A stretch of DNA of 64,000 nt, taken from assembly GCA_965113315.1 (NCBI GenBank), contig OZ220365.1. One strand, written 5' to 3'. Shown piece after piece: positions 12,531 to 24,716 of the stretch. The number at the start of each line of letters is the position of its first letter. The first letter of the stretch is position 1. This stretch comes from Podarcis vaucheri (Eukaryota). The position numbers and the translations under genes were made by a program. The notes beneath the pieces are model-generated. The model worked only from the letters and a program-made list of their open reading frames with translations, made no database searches and was not told the origin of the DNA.

Positions 12531-12931
12531 CACACACATACACACACACACACAGAGTGGTGGGCCTTTTTGTATTGGACTCATTCGGGAACGTCTTTAC
12601 AACCCAAGTTCGTAAAAGACACTCCTTCTCACCAAGGATACCTGTGGCTTCAGTAACCGAGCTAAATCCAGATACACCCTCACATTGCGCCTTTGCTTCT
12701 TCGGGGAGAGCGCAACCCTATCCAGGGAACTGGGAACCACTCACCCCTGAGCCTCCATTTTGCCAGGATTCAGTATTTTTGCCTACATCCACCCCAGCAA
12801 GTTCTGGATGAAACACTACTCTGGAGTTAGTGTTGCAGGAGGAGGGTAGACTGGCAAAAATCACATGGTTTGATGGGGCATTGGAAACGTCAAAGTGTCC
12901 AGCAAGCAACTCACAGAGAAGGTCTCTGAAG

Positions 12932-13079
12932 CAGTGGCGTAGCGTGGGGGGTGCAGGGGGGGGCCGGCCGCACCGGGTGCAACATCCTGGGGTTAGGGTT
13001 AGGGGGCGCAAATCCACGGGTTAGGGGGCGCAAATTACTTGCCTTGCCCCGGGTGCTGACAACCCACGCTACGCCACTG
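12932..13079 (+). mobile_element. hAT MITE with internal TTAGGG repeats
   Basis: Perfect 17-bp TIR CAGTGGCGTAGCGTGGG and 8-bp TSD CTCTGAAG (12924-12931 / 13080-13087). A second, inverted copy lies at 36804-36949. Confidence 0.92.
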
Positions 13080-13608
13080 CTCTGAAGTATCCCATCTTAC
13101 TTTCTGTCTTTCTTGTAATTTGTGCTGTCCTTCATCATGCATGTAAAACATGCACAATAATAATTTTGGGTGTCATACATAGAATATCATACAAACAAAA
13201 AGTTGGCCCGGTTTTCAGTCCGTGGGTATGCTACTGAAAATGATGCTATTTCACAAGTTACTTCCCTGGTCACTGATAGCACATAGGAATGACCACCAGA
13301 CAGGGATGTTACAAGTTGAAAGAGGGTTGGTGGTGGTGGTGGTTGTTTTCAAAATTATAAACTTAGGTATGTATGGGCAAGTGGACTAGTAGCTTCCATG
13401 GGCATTTAATTTTGCATGTGCTTTTTTGAACGTGGGTGGAGGGCACCACACAGGAAACTTTTCTGGATTTTCAATTTTTTAAATATGGCAACCCTAGCAA
13501 ACCTACTCTTGTTGATGTCACCTTTTCAGGTGTTCATAGTAGGTTCAATATGGGAATGGGAGCCTCATGCCCTGACCTACAGGTATTCATTAACATGTGT
13601 ATCCTAAA

Positions 13609-13611
<3 letters not shown>

Positions 13612-13659
<48 letters not shown>
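13612..13659. repeat. (TA)n microsatellite
   Basis: Pure dinucleotide run. Confidence 0.95.
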
Positions 13660-13661
<2 letters not shown>

Positions 13662-15004
13662 CTTGATTGCTGTTCCATTGATTTAATGGAGCAAGGAAGC
13701 ATACATTTTTATTGCTTTTAAATGTGAACAATTTCTGTAGAAACTGAAGTGCAGTGTCTCTTTCAAAGAATCTGATTGCCAACTCCAGTTTCAAATGGAC
13801 AACTCGCTCCATAGGCTCTGTTCATAATCTCAGCACTAGCCATTCCAGCTGTGCAGCATGTAAGTATTTAAATGTACAACAGCCCTTGACATCATGGTTT
13901 AGAACTTTTCCTCTCTGGCATTTCCTGATTTTACGTCTTTATTGTGAAACATAAAATAGAAGCCATTTCTTTTTCCTTGTTCAATTTCCTTGTCTACTCG
14001 AGTACATTGCCAGTACCACTGGAACCACTGTGAAAACAAAATGACTTTTTGTTACGACCACAACAAATAAAAGCTTTCAGGAACAATGTTGAACAAGCCG
14101 GAATACAGCAGGCCCTTTAAATCATGTCCTCCAAAATGTGTAAAACAGCAGGATTACAAAGCAAGTTACATTGTGTGTATGTTCTTTCTAACAAACTCTG
14201 GCTCTTGCTGGCTTTTAACATAAACAGAGCTTGTCACTTCTAATCAGTGTCAGGTTAGAAGCTTTAGCGCCACAAAAGCGATGGGACAATTTTAGCACAA
14301 TCTGGTTTGATTATTAATTTTAGATAAAGCAAAGCTAGATTAATGTCTCTTGCAGATCGTTTTATTTCTCTTGGATTTTGCTGATTAGCCTAAATGTCTC
14401 TAAAGGCAGAGAAACGCTATTTCGAATAACTGAAAAGTGTATAAATTGCATTTATCCGGAGGAGGTTCTAACATTTAAAAGAGTGTGTACGTTATCCATG
14501 TTAACGTAAATGTTTAACCCAGGGTTGGAAAACCTGTGACTCTCCAGGTGTTTTTGAATTTCAGCTCCCAACACCAGCAGCAGCCACCAACCATCACAAC
14601 ATCTGGAGGGCTACCCCGTTAACCGTTTAACCAAGTCACTTTGTATTTTCACGAATAAACATTTTTCACTTTTGTTAAAGTCGTTGTAGAGACCTCCCTT
14701 TGGCAACTTGGTGCCCTCCAGAAGTTTTGGGCTGCTCATTAGGCCATAACTCTCATTAGGCCAAGCCAGCATGGCTGATGCCTGAAAGGGTGGAATAGAT
14801 TTAGTGCATACATCACTCTATCAATATCTTAACCACAGCTTCAAGATCAGACTCATGTGCCTTCTCTGTATCCTCTCTCTGGTATGAATTCCAACTCCCT
14901 TCCCAGCCTGTAGCTCACTATAATACGTGCACTGGTACTAACCATGGTTTATATACTAACAAGTATTCCCAGTATAGTATCTCAGGGCATTATGCATGGT
15001 TCTC

Positions 15005-15093
15005 TGCCTCTTTTTCAAAATATAGTCTGGCCCCCCACAAGGTCTGAGGGACAGTGGACCGGCCCCCTGCTGAGAAAGTTTGCTGACCCCTGA
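15005..15093. mobile_element. hAT-like MITE terminal fragment
   Basis: Ends AAAGTTTGCTGACCCCTG, like the terminus of 55037-55363. Confidence 0.6.
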
Positions 15094-15388
15094 CTAACAC
15101 ATTAGCTCCATCCACCTAAGGAATTTGTTAGCATTTGTGTTGTATTTGCATTGCAAATGTATTTCACAAAGAATAAATGGTATTGGGGAAGACGTTGGCA
15201 GTTGGTTATTCTCTTGGTTGATTCTTTGACTCAGAACCTGGGAGTGTGGCGACTTCGACACTGCCTGGAGGTTTGTGAGAAGAGGCAAGCTGTGGATTAA
15301 TAACTTGTACACTGTTGTGATGGAGTTTTGAAAACAAAAAGGTCTAAACCCTCTCTTGGGTTCAAGGGAGAGAAACACATTGTATTCA

Positions 15389-15391
<3 letters not shown>

Positions 15392-15432
<41 letters not shown>

Positions 15433-15544
15433 GGTTTTGGTGTCTTCGGGTGTCTTCCCATGTAAGAGACACCCCGACTCTTACACGGGAAGACACCCGA
15501 AGACACCAAAACCTGCATTCCTGTACCCGTGAAAATCTACGAAA

Positions 15545-15587
<43 letters not shown>

Positions 15588-15612
15588 AATGTGTGTGCGT
15601 ATATATATATAT
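15392..15612. repeat. (TA)n microsatellite interrupted by an inverted-repeat insert
   Basis: (TA)n on both sides of 15428-15546. Hairpin arms are 15428-15468 and 15478-15518. Confidence 0.9.
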
Positions 15613-16307
15613 GAATGAAGAATACTTGTTGCTCAACTGTTGCCAACCTGACAAGTAAAGATTTATCTTCAAGTCTTGTGTAAGGTATCTATTTTATCAC
15701 AAATAGCTAACAGAATTCACCTTTCATGCCACACTAAATCTGTTGGCCTGGGATTCAGTTTATCCAAAGCCCACCCTCCTCCCCCAGCACTTTCCTAGAC
15801 TGGATCCCTTAACTAACCAGCCTAAAGCAGGTTTTGGGGAAAGTGGTAGATCATTCGCTGCTTAACTCTCCAGCCTCCGCTTCACTTAGGAATGTTCTGT
15901 ACGGCCACAATCCTATCTTACCTGGGGGTAAAATTCATCAAGTGCAGGGGAATATACTCCTGAGCAAACACCTATTGTACTTATTTATTTATTTATTTTA
16001 AAAAGAGGGCATTCTGGTTCATTTAAATATTGCTGTGTGTAAAATATTTTTTTAAAAAATGGGTTGATTAATATCAATGTTGTCCTGACTTTGTTTTCTA
16101 AAAATTATAGAGCCCTCTATCAATGTCCTATGGATCTCTTCTAGTCTTAGGTATGGGACTTTGGTATATAACTATCACACTTATATCTCGGTTAGCTTTA
16201 ACTCTAAGACTCTGCATTGGTAGACTTCATGTGCACGTGAGCTGTTATGCGCAAAATTCAATTTCTAAAGAGTGCATCAGAATAGTTCCTTTTTTCTCTT
16301 CAAACAG

Positions 16308-16545
16308 ATCTGCAGATTTCAGCGCTACCTTCCAAATAGAGAAGTTCACCAGAAACTCTTTTCAAATCATCCTGCAATGTTCATATCTCCTGCTAGTCAA
16401 CCACCCTATAAGAAACTATGTGAGCTGGTACAGCTTTGTGGGGGGAAAGTGTGCAAAACTCCCCGTCAGGCTAAAATCTGCATTGGAGAATACAGGGTTA
16501 GAAATAATATGGACATACAGTGTTTATCCGAAAAATGGATTCTAG
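16308..16545 (+). CDS. MCPH1: Microcephalin penultimate coding exon (C-terminal BRCT domain)
   Basis: Acceptor tttttctcttcaaacAG|ATC and donor CTAG|GTAAGT. The 238-bp exon encodes ICRFQRYLPNREVHQKLFSNHPAMFISPASQPPYKKLCELVQLCGGKVCKTPRQAKICIGEYRVRNNMDIQCLSEKWIL, which matches the MCPH1 BRCT3 motifs (PAMF.SPAS.PP..KLCELV.LCGG, LSEKW.L). It lies upstream of AGPAT5, as in other amniotes. Confidence 0.95.
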
Positions 16546-17009
16546 GTAAGTGATCTGATTATTACTTTTTAACATAAAACCATAGCTGTGCGTGCACTTA
16601 AACGTAAGCAAATCTGCACATCATCCACTCCCAGGTTAACATGCCAGTATACAATACACACATAGAGCTGTCTCACAAAACTAGTTCTTCCTATGCACAA
16701 GAAATGATGATCCCTGCTCATCAATCGCACACAAGTCGTCCATAATTTAAGGGAAATGTGAATGTGTGAACTTGACAGTGCATAGATATTGCTTTTCTTA
16801 TTTCAATATCCATAGTCAAACACCTTCCATTTTCTTTGTGCATAAAAATTCCTCTGACTATATCCACATAACACTTCAGCCCACAACGACATTTCCCCAT
16901 CTGATCACACATGTGTGTGTGGCAAAGAAGAAGCCATGCCTGCTGGCACTTAGGAAAAACTGACTGTGTGACCCAACTGCTGCTATTTGAACTGCCTACC
17001 AGTCTAGTT

Positions 17010-17368
17010 GGGATGCGGGTGGCGCTGTGGTCTAAACCACAGAGCCTAGGGCTTGCTGATCAGAAGGTCAGTGGTTCGAATCCCCACTACGGAGTGAGCT
17101 CCCGTTGTTTGTTCCCAGCTCCTACCCAGCAGTTCAAAAGCACGTCAAGGTGCAAGTGATAAATAGGTACCACTCTGACGGGAAGGTAAACGCCGTTTCC
17201 GTGTGCTGCTCTGGTTCGCCAGAAGCGGCTTAGTCATGCTGGCCACATGACCCAGAAGCTGGCTTCGGACAAACGCCAGCTCCCTTGGCCTATAGAGTGA
17301 GATGAGCGCGCAACCCCAGAGTCGTCTGCGACTGTACCTAACTTTCAGGGGTACCTTTACCTTTAACT
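17010..17368 (+). mobile_element. Sauria SINE in the last MCPH1 intron
   Basis: GGGATGCGGGTGGCGCTGTGG head, ACCTTTACCTTT tail, TSD core TACCAGTCTAG. Confidence 0.92.
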
Positions 17369-17641
17369 TACCAGTCTAGCTGCATTACTGAGTCTGCCTA
17401 TCCCTACGCATTTATGTGCATGGAAATTCTGAGTGGGCCTTACACTGTTCCACTTCTCAGTGTGTATAAAAGAATATTCAGACTGAGGAATCCTACAGTT
17501 ATCTGAATGCAGGATCTCCTTTTAGCTCAGTCTTGAACCTACTAGGCCAGGTGGGTTCAACATCCAGGCTGAAAGGTGATTCTCCCATTCGGTGTGCAAA
17601 TAGATCTCCCAGTTTAGTGTCTGCTTCTATGCAAATCTGTT

Positions 17642-18006
17642 AAAGGTAAAGGTAAAGGTACCCCTGCCCGAACGGGCCAGTCTTGACAGACTCTGGGGTT
17701 TGTGCGCCCATCTCACATCTATTGGCCGGGGGCCAGCGCTGTCCGGGGACACTTCCGGGTCACGTGGCCAGCGTGACAACGCTGCTCTGGCGAGCCAGAG
17801 CCGCACACGGAACGCCGTTTACCTTCCCGCTGGTAAGCGGTACCTATTTATCTACTTGCCCCCGGGGGTGCTTTCGAACTGCTAGGTGGGCAGGCGCTGG
17901 GACCGAGCAGCGGGAGCGCACCCCGCCGCGGGGATTCGAACCGCTGACCTTTCGATCGGCAAGCCCTAGGCGTTGAGGCTTTAGCCCACAGCGCCACCCG
18001 CGTCCC
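17642..18006 (-). mobile_element. Sauria SINE in the last MCPH1 intron
   Basis: Full length and CpG-rich, with a perfect 13-bp TSD ATGCAAATCTGTT (17629-17641 / 18007-18019). Confidence 0.95.
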
Positions 18007-18060
18007 ATGCAAATCTGTTGGTCCGCTCTAAATAATATCCTTCATTTCCCATCCCCACAG

Positions 18061-18119
18061 ATTCAGTCACACAGAACAAGATCTGTCCGCCTGAAAACTA
18101 CAAATTTCAGAGTAAGTAA
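18061..18119 (+). CDS. MCPH1: Microcephalin terminal coding exon
   Basis: Acceptor ttcatttcccatccccacAG. The phase-1 join gives (D)SVTQNKICPPENYKFQSK*, with TAA at 18117-18119, homologous to the MCPH1 C-terminus DSITQHKVC.PENY. Confidence 0.93.
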
Positions 18120-18159
18120 ACAACACCAGAATCTTTGGACTTCATCTAGCAAACCGAGC

Positions 18160-18893
18160 AATAAATACTTCACACTTCATAAATGTAATGAAACATGCTT
18201 ACTTTAAAAAAAAAAATGCAAGAACCTTCAACGTTGAAGTGGCAAAGGACATCTAAGCCCTACACTCAGTCTGTCCAAAGATATGTGAATGAGCATCACA
18301 CAGATGTAAAGCCAAACAGCAATGTGGTTTCACAACCATGTTAGCGTCACAAACGCTACAGTGGGCTGCAAATAGATACTTTTGTTTATGAAATCAAAGC
18401 CTATAAAACATGAAGATGGGGTAGATGAATTTCTAACTTTGCCAATATTTTTGCTCTTTATGCATATACAATTTTATTTGCTCCTTTCATACAAATGGCA
18501 ATAGAAGACTCTCTGCAAACGAGGAACCACCTTTTACAGACAAGCATATGAACCCCTTTATTAGGAAACTTGCTGCCAAGACAGCAATATATCATGGACT
18601 GAAATAGAAATAAATAAAAAGTGGCATGTGAACACATGGTTCCCAGTAAAGAGCAGAATATGATATCAAAAATTATTCTTAAAAGTTTGTGTATCATGAT
18701 CTCCTAGCCCTCTCATAAATGTTTTATGCACAAAAACCTGTCATCACTAATTTATGTAACCCAACATACCAAATTGATTTTCTCATAAGTTGTCTTGAAA
18801 TGAAATTTCAAGTCATGTACAGTGCAACCTCCTGGGACAAATGTTCATTTTTATTAGGTGCATATGTAACAGACTTTACAGTGGGAGAATAAA
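18160..18893 (+). terminator. Candidate MCPH1 polyadenylation signals
   Basis: AATAAA at 18160-18165, about 18609-18618 (overlapping pair) and 18888-18893, downstream of the stop. Which one is used cannot be told from sequence. Confidence 0.45.
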
Positions 18894-19109
18894 GATATTT
18901 ACAACAAACGTATTTAAATGACGGAGATTGGTCGTCTTTGCTTTAAAAAGACATTTTCTACTCACTCGATAGCTCTGTCAGGTTTTATGCGTGCAGCTTC
19001 TTTGTTAAACAGCTCTGATTTTAGCCAAATGCAGGAACATTTGACAAATTGGGAGTCACCAGAGTTTACACTGTTGGCACATGAGTGAAGAGCTTTTCTA
19101 ATATATATG

Positions 19110-19342
19110 CAGTGGTACCTCGGGTTAAGAACTTAATTTGTTCTGGAGGTCCGTTCTTAACCTGAAACTGTTCTTAACCCGAGGTACCACTTTAGCTAAT
19201 GGGGCCTGCTGTGCCGCCGCCGTGTGATTTCTGTTCTCATCCTAAAGCAAAGTTCTTAACCTGAGGTACTGTTTCTGGGTTAGTGGAGTCTGTAACCTGA
19301 AGCGTCCGCAACCTGAAACATCTGTAACCCAAGGTACCACTG
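19110..19342 (+). mobile_element. Tigger-like MITE, type B
   Basis: CAGTGGTACCTC...GGTACCACTG in TA-rich flanks. Confidence 0.88.
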
Positions 19343-19859
19343 TATATATTTGCAAAGATACTCAGAGATCCTTACAAATAAAAATCTCCTCCTGCAGGGA
19401 ATACTTGGCCCATTTCACACATCGCACAGCAAGAAACCAGGTTTGCTGCCAAGCATACAAGGCGCTTTAGCCAATCTTAACTCTGTATTGGCTGCATCTC
19501 GTGCATTTTTTAAAATACTGGTTTGTTGCATTCACACTTTCGCGCCCTTAAAAATGCAGTATATGAAAAGGTTCTTGGTTCTCTCCTGTAGATGGAGAAA
19601 TTTGTGGAAATTTCTTTCCACCCTCTTCTGCGCTTCACTGGGAGGGGGGCACAACAGTGGAAAGCAATATTAAGGAATGTTCTTTGGCTACAACTCTCAT
19701 CCATCATTATGGGTCATGCTTGCTGGGATGGGTGTTTTGGCTAAGTGTAGTATCTGTTCTTATCAGTTTAATGCTTGCTGGGATGGTGGGAGTTGGCATC
19801 CAATAACCTCTCAAGAACCAAAGGTTTCCCATCCCTGCAGTACAGCGTAGGACCTAGCG

Positions 19860-20697
19860 TAGGATCAAGCAGTTGGTCCCTTACCTTTCCCGCCCCGACC
19901 TGGCCTCAGTAATCCATGTGACGATCACCTCCAGGCTTGACTACTGTAATTCGCTCTACGTGGGGCTGCCCTTGAAGCTGTCCCAGAAACTCCAGAGGGT
20001 GCAGAATGCTGCAGCGAGGCTCCTCACAGGGGTTCTGCCATGGGAGCATATTCACCCAGTGCTTTTCCAGCTGCACTGGCTCCCGGTGGAGTACAGGGTC
20101 AGGTTTAAGGTGCTGGTTTTGACCTTTAAAGCCCTTTACAGCCTAGGACCCTTGTACCTACGGGACTGTTATGCCCCACGGAGGACCTTAAGGTCCATAA
20201 ATAGCAACACCCTAGAGGTCCCGTGCCCTAAGGAAGTTAGATTAGCCTCAACCAGAGCCAGGGCCTTCTCAACACTGGCTCCAGCCTGGTGGAACGCTCT
20301 GTCTTATGAGACCAGGGCCCTGCAGGATCTGATTTCTTTCCGCAGGGCCTGTAAGACAGAGTTGTTCCGCCTGGCCTTTGGCTTTGAATCAGCTTGATCC
20401 CCTTCCCCTCTAACTTTTTTCCTCTCTCCTTCTGTGATGGAACTACTATTTGGGGACTTCCTTGGCTTTTTTTATGGCCCACGTAGGACCAGTCTGGATA
20501 GTTGGCCTTGGTGAAGATTTAATGTTTTCATCCCCCCAAAAAAATTTTGATTTGAGTTTCTACTGAAAAGAGGCTGCATTTTAATGTTGTATTTAAATCT
20601 GGTTTTAAGTTGTATTTCAATCAATTGTTTTATATCTGGCCCTGAGCCCGGTCTTGGCTGAGGAGGGCGGGGTATAAATAAAATTTATTATTATTAG
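19860..20697 (+). mobile_element. L2-clade LINE, 5'-truncated
   Basis: ORF 19873-20397 SRLDYCNSLYVGLP..QNAAARLL..LHWLPV..RAFSTLAPAWWNAL. The 3' tail is GGGCGGGGTATAAATAAAATTTATTATTATT. Confidence 0.92.
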
Positions 20698-21035
20698 AGG
20701 AATCCTGAATCAGTATTGGGGTCTGTGGAGTGAGAGAAGCATAGCTATTGGCCAGCAATCTGAGCCAATTCCCCAAAGCTGTCAGAGCGTCCCCATTTCC
20801 CAAAAGCTGACAGAGCTTTGCGTCAATAGAACACTTCATCAAGAAGTACGGCAAGGGATTTCAGTAGAGCAGAGCTGTCTACCTGTGCGTAGGCTGCCTT
20901 TTAGTAGGATGTTGCATTAGATTATGTTTGTATCACTGCTGTTTGCTCGAACGACAAAAGTGGGATATCGGAATCCAGTGGTAAGTTCTACCAGGTTATA
21001 GATACCTTTCTGAATGTTTTCCAAATAGGTTTGCT

Positions 21036-21182
21036 CAGTGCTTTTTTCGGGGAGGGGTGTTAAACGGGGGTATGCATACCCCTAAACATTTTGTGAATCT
21101 AAGTTTGGTCTCATTGAGGAGCAGGAAAATGAGTAGGAAAATGAGAGTGTCCCTAAACATTTTTTTGGAAAAAAATGCATTG
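21036..21182. mobile_element. hAT MITE
   Basis: TIRs CAGTGCTTTTTT / AAAAAATGCATTG; 8-bp TSD GGTTTGCT. Confidence 0.85.
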
Positions 21183-24121
21183 GGTTTGCTTTACATGTCA
21201 CATATATATTCTTGCCATGGCAGTAGGATTTCAGTGCTATCATCAAGAGACATTAAGGTTATTACAACCCAGCACTTAAATATCATTCCCTGGATGAACA
21301 TCATTCAAACACAGGTCAATGTTTGCAGAAATTCAAATAATTTCAATATATATTAGCATGTGGACGGCATGTAGCTGGTTTGGAGTCAAGGTTTTGCGGG
21401 TCCCAATAGTATGATAGCATTTACAGCTTTCAGTTTCTGGGGAAGGGAAAGCTTCTCTTTTTACAGTTCACATTTGGAGTCTGCCTACATGGCCAGGAGA
21501 AGGGAACTTCCATCACTCACCTTTCCTTAAGAAGACCATTATTTCCAAGTACCTATTTCCATTTTCTCGACATTATACTACTATTTGGGTTCATGAAGTT
21601 CAATAGGATATATAAGAAGTGCACTAAAATATGGCTTTGCAACATAATCTTGATACCAAAAATAAAACTCGTTTTTTCTGTTCAAAGCAGCTATTATTAT
21701 TTATTTCATAAGAATAAGAATACATTTATTGTCATTGTACAACCTGTGTACAATGAAATTAAACAAGCCTCCCTCCCACCGCCCCCAACACTCAACCTCT
21801 TATCAAACAACACACCACCTGGCAAGTCAATTTCACTATGTTATTTTTCGTTCAACAGCCTAACAGCCCACGGATAGAAGCTATTTTTTAGCCTGTTGGT
21901 ACGGCTGATTATACTTCATTATATCTCATTTCTATACTGCTTTATATTTTAAGGAAACAAAGCTCAAAGAAAGCTACATTAAAATACCAAATAAAGCCAT
22001 CCAGAATAAAACAGTACAGAAGAAAGTCAAATATAAAGTATAAATTGGGACTCTCCTGAAATAAACTTCTATATAGGTATCTCCTAACAAGCATATGTAG
22101 GATGTCAGACATAAGAGGAAATGCTACGTCTCTGCAGAAGGGATTGTTTTATTGTTTCTTAAATAAATGGCACTGTTTCCTGACCTTTTAATTCCCCATA
22201 ACTGTTTTCCATAAAATATCACAAGAAGCAGAAGGTATTAATACTTAACCTTCCACCTAATCGGGCTTCCTGAACTGAAACAACTGTTCTGGGAAGACAG
22301 TGTTCTGAATGCCTCAATCCATACATTGTACTGAGGTCCTTTTCATCATAAAGAATAACTTCCTTCCATCCACAGCAGCCAGCAATAATGATAATGAGCT
22401 TGCCTGGGGATGTTTGATGGCAAGGCTGAAAACTAATAAGGGGGTGGAGCTGTCATCTCATTTGTGGCGCAGGGTTTTTCCGTTCTAGAGGCCCCCAGGC
22501 AGCACATATCATGGATAACAAGCTAGTAAATGACTCTTTTACTAAAGTAGGAGGAATCTACAGCCTCTTCCCTGGGGCACAGATTTGTTTAGGTATGTAC
22601 GCTCCCTTTTTCTTGTCGCGTTCTGGCCAAACCTTTGAAGCGATGCTTTCTACAGTAAAAATATTACTTGAGACTGCTGCTCTTGGCCTTTTGCTGTGTT
22701 ATTTGGGGATTCCAGAATAATATTACTATTATATTTGGGGTCAGGAATAATACCGGCACCCAGTGTATGGCTAAGCATTTTTACAAGCAAAACATCTGAA
22801 CTGGAGGTGAGTTTCCAGGTGCATTCTGCAATGATTCTGGCATGGTCCCCCCTTGTTCCGTAGGGAACAGTATTCTCCTATATACCTGTCTGCAGGTGCC
22901 TTGGGATAAATTATTGGAATGAGATGTCTTCCATCCACACTCACATGTATGTATACAGGGACTGCTCCTTATGGAATTGATTTGTCTTTATAGTGATTTC
23001 CTATGCCCATGTAGCTTAAATTTAAAATGAATCCGGAAATGCTTATGAAGATAAAGTCTGGAAAGCATAAACAGATGTGCTGCCTGATCGCTCTCTGCTT
23101 TAGCCGCCACGCTGCAAGCCTCTGCAATGCGCTGGAACAGTTAATGTGGCACCCTAGGCAAATCAAGAGGGGCAGAGCAGTATCCGAGCTGTATAAGTAG
23201 TTGCTGAAATCATTATGACAGGGGGAACTTAAAAAAAAACCAAAAAAACTCCCCAGCTCCAGATTAGAAAATAGCATGAAAAGCTTTCAGGCAATATGGG
23301 AAAAACAGTGGTCCAGGATATGACTTTTATAGCCTTCATTCATTAAAGAAAACACATTGCGTGTACACGTGCATCACTTTCCATCCTGTGACCAGGCAGT
23401 CCTGTGTCAGTAGGAGCTTAAACTTGATATTCATATCAAGGAAGTTCTCCCACCTTTGTCCAGGCCATTTCCTCCCTGTTTGTAATCCATTTCAGCTGGG
23501 GTGCATTTGATATTTAGATGTAAATATCCTGTGTCCTGTATCACGCAGTGGCATGAATGATATCATATTTTGAAAGTATGTAAACATCAAAAATTCCTCA
23601 ATTGACTCATCACAAAATGAGCTCATTACTTTCTGTTTTCTGCATAATTTTGTTGCTGTGAATGAGCCTTGCTGGGATAAGCCGTTTACATTAGAACGTT
23701 GCTCAGATTTTCCTGGCTACCTCTGAGACATCTATAGCCGTATGAACCTAAATCAGTTTCCACATAACAATGTTGAAAAGTGAAAGGCCCATTCAATATA
23801 ATGAAATAATTAAGAATTCCCTTATTGCATAGCTATTTAAAATTCCCAATCGTTGCAATTCATAATGTGCTTATCCAGCACATTTCAAGCATTTAAAAGA
23901 GCAGGTACTATCTCAGTAATCCTTACAGCAGCCTTGTAAATGATTTCAGTATCCTGCACATTACAGAGGGAAGACTAAATATGAGGAAATTTGGACTTTC
24001 AAAAACCCCCACAGTAGACTCATGACAAATAGGAATCAAACCATGAGTTTCCTTGTTCACATTCTTAGTTGCAAAGCTTTTACTAGTTTAAAGGGGGAAA
24101 CCTTGTCAGGTGTCCAATGAT

Positions 24122-24716
24122 CATAGCTGTCAAGTGTCCCTTATTTGAAGGGACAGCCCCTTATTCCAGCGCCATGTCCCGCTGCTGTCCCTTATTGATG
24201 GATGTCCCTTAAATGATGTCCCTTAAATTTCAAAGGAAGCAGCTCCTCCCCCTTCCTCCCTGCCAGCCAGGGAGGAGGGAGGCTCCAACTGTGTTGCTTG
24301 GCTGTGTTGCTCACCCAATAAGAAGTCTAAGAAAGACTGGGGGGTGGAGCTTGCATGCCGTTTGTGTGGCTAGTTAATGCAAGCTGAGGGGTTTTTTGAA
24401 TGCTGGGCGCCATTTTGTTGCACGTGCTGCTGCAAACTTTGCAGTGCAAAGCCAGGCCGGGGAGGCATCTTAAGTTGTGGCTGCATAGGCCTTGTGGTGC
24501 ATGTGATTCAGATTCTATTCAGTTGAACCTCTTGTTACAAAGTTGGTTGGACAGTGTTCTCGAAGCTACCAGCATGAGTTTGACCAGACTGCAGGAAGAC
24601 AGGAAGACTGGAGTGCCTGGAACAGGTGAGGCTGCAGGTCCCTTGTTTTGGCTGCTGGTCCCTTATTTTCAAGGCTGCTGGTCCCTTATTTTCAAATCTG
24701 TAAGTTGACAGCTATG
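24122..24716. mobile_element. Non-autonomous hAT transposon
   Basis: Perfect TIR CATAGCTGTCAA...TTGACAGCTATG; 8-bp TSD CCAATGAT; repeated GTCCCTTA subterminal motifs. Confidence 0.9.

Noticed and set aside
1-16307. ANGPT2 exons expected antisense within this MCPH1 intron
   Set aside because: No minus-strand ORF resembles angiopoietin-2 (signal peptide, CSYTFLLPE, coiled coil or fibrinogen domain). The gene probably lies upstream of the window.
16123-16545. 140-aa ORF overlapping the MCPH1 exon in another frame
   Set aside because: No recognisable homology; the frame with splice signals and BRCT similarity explains the region.
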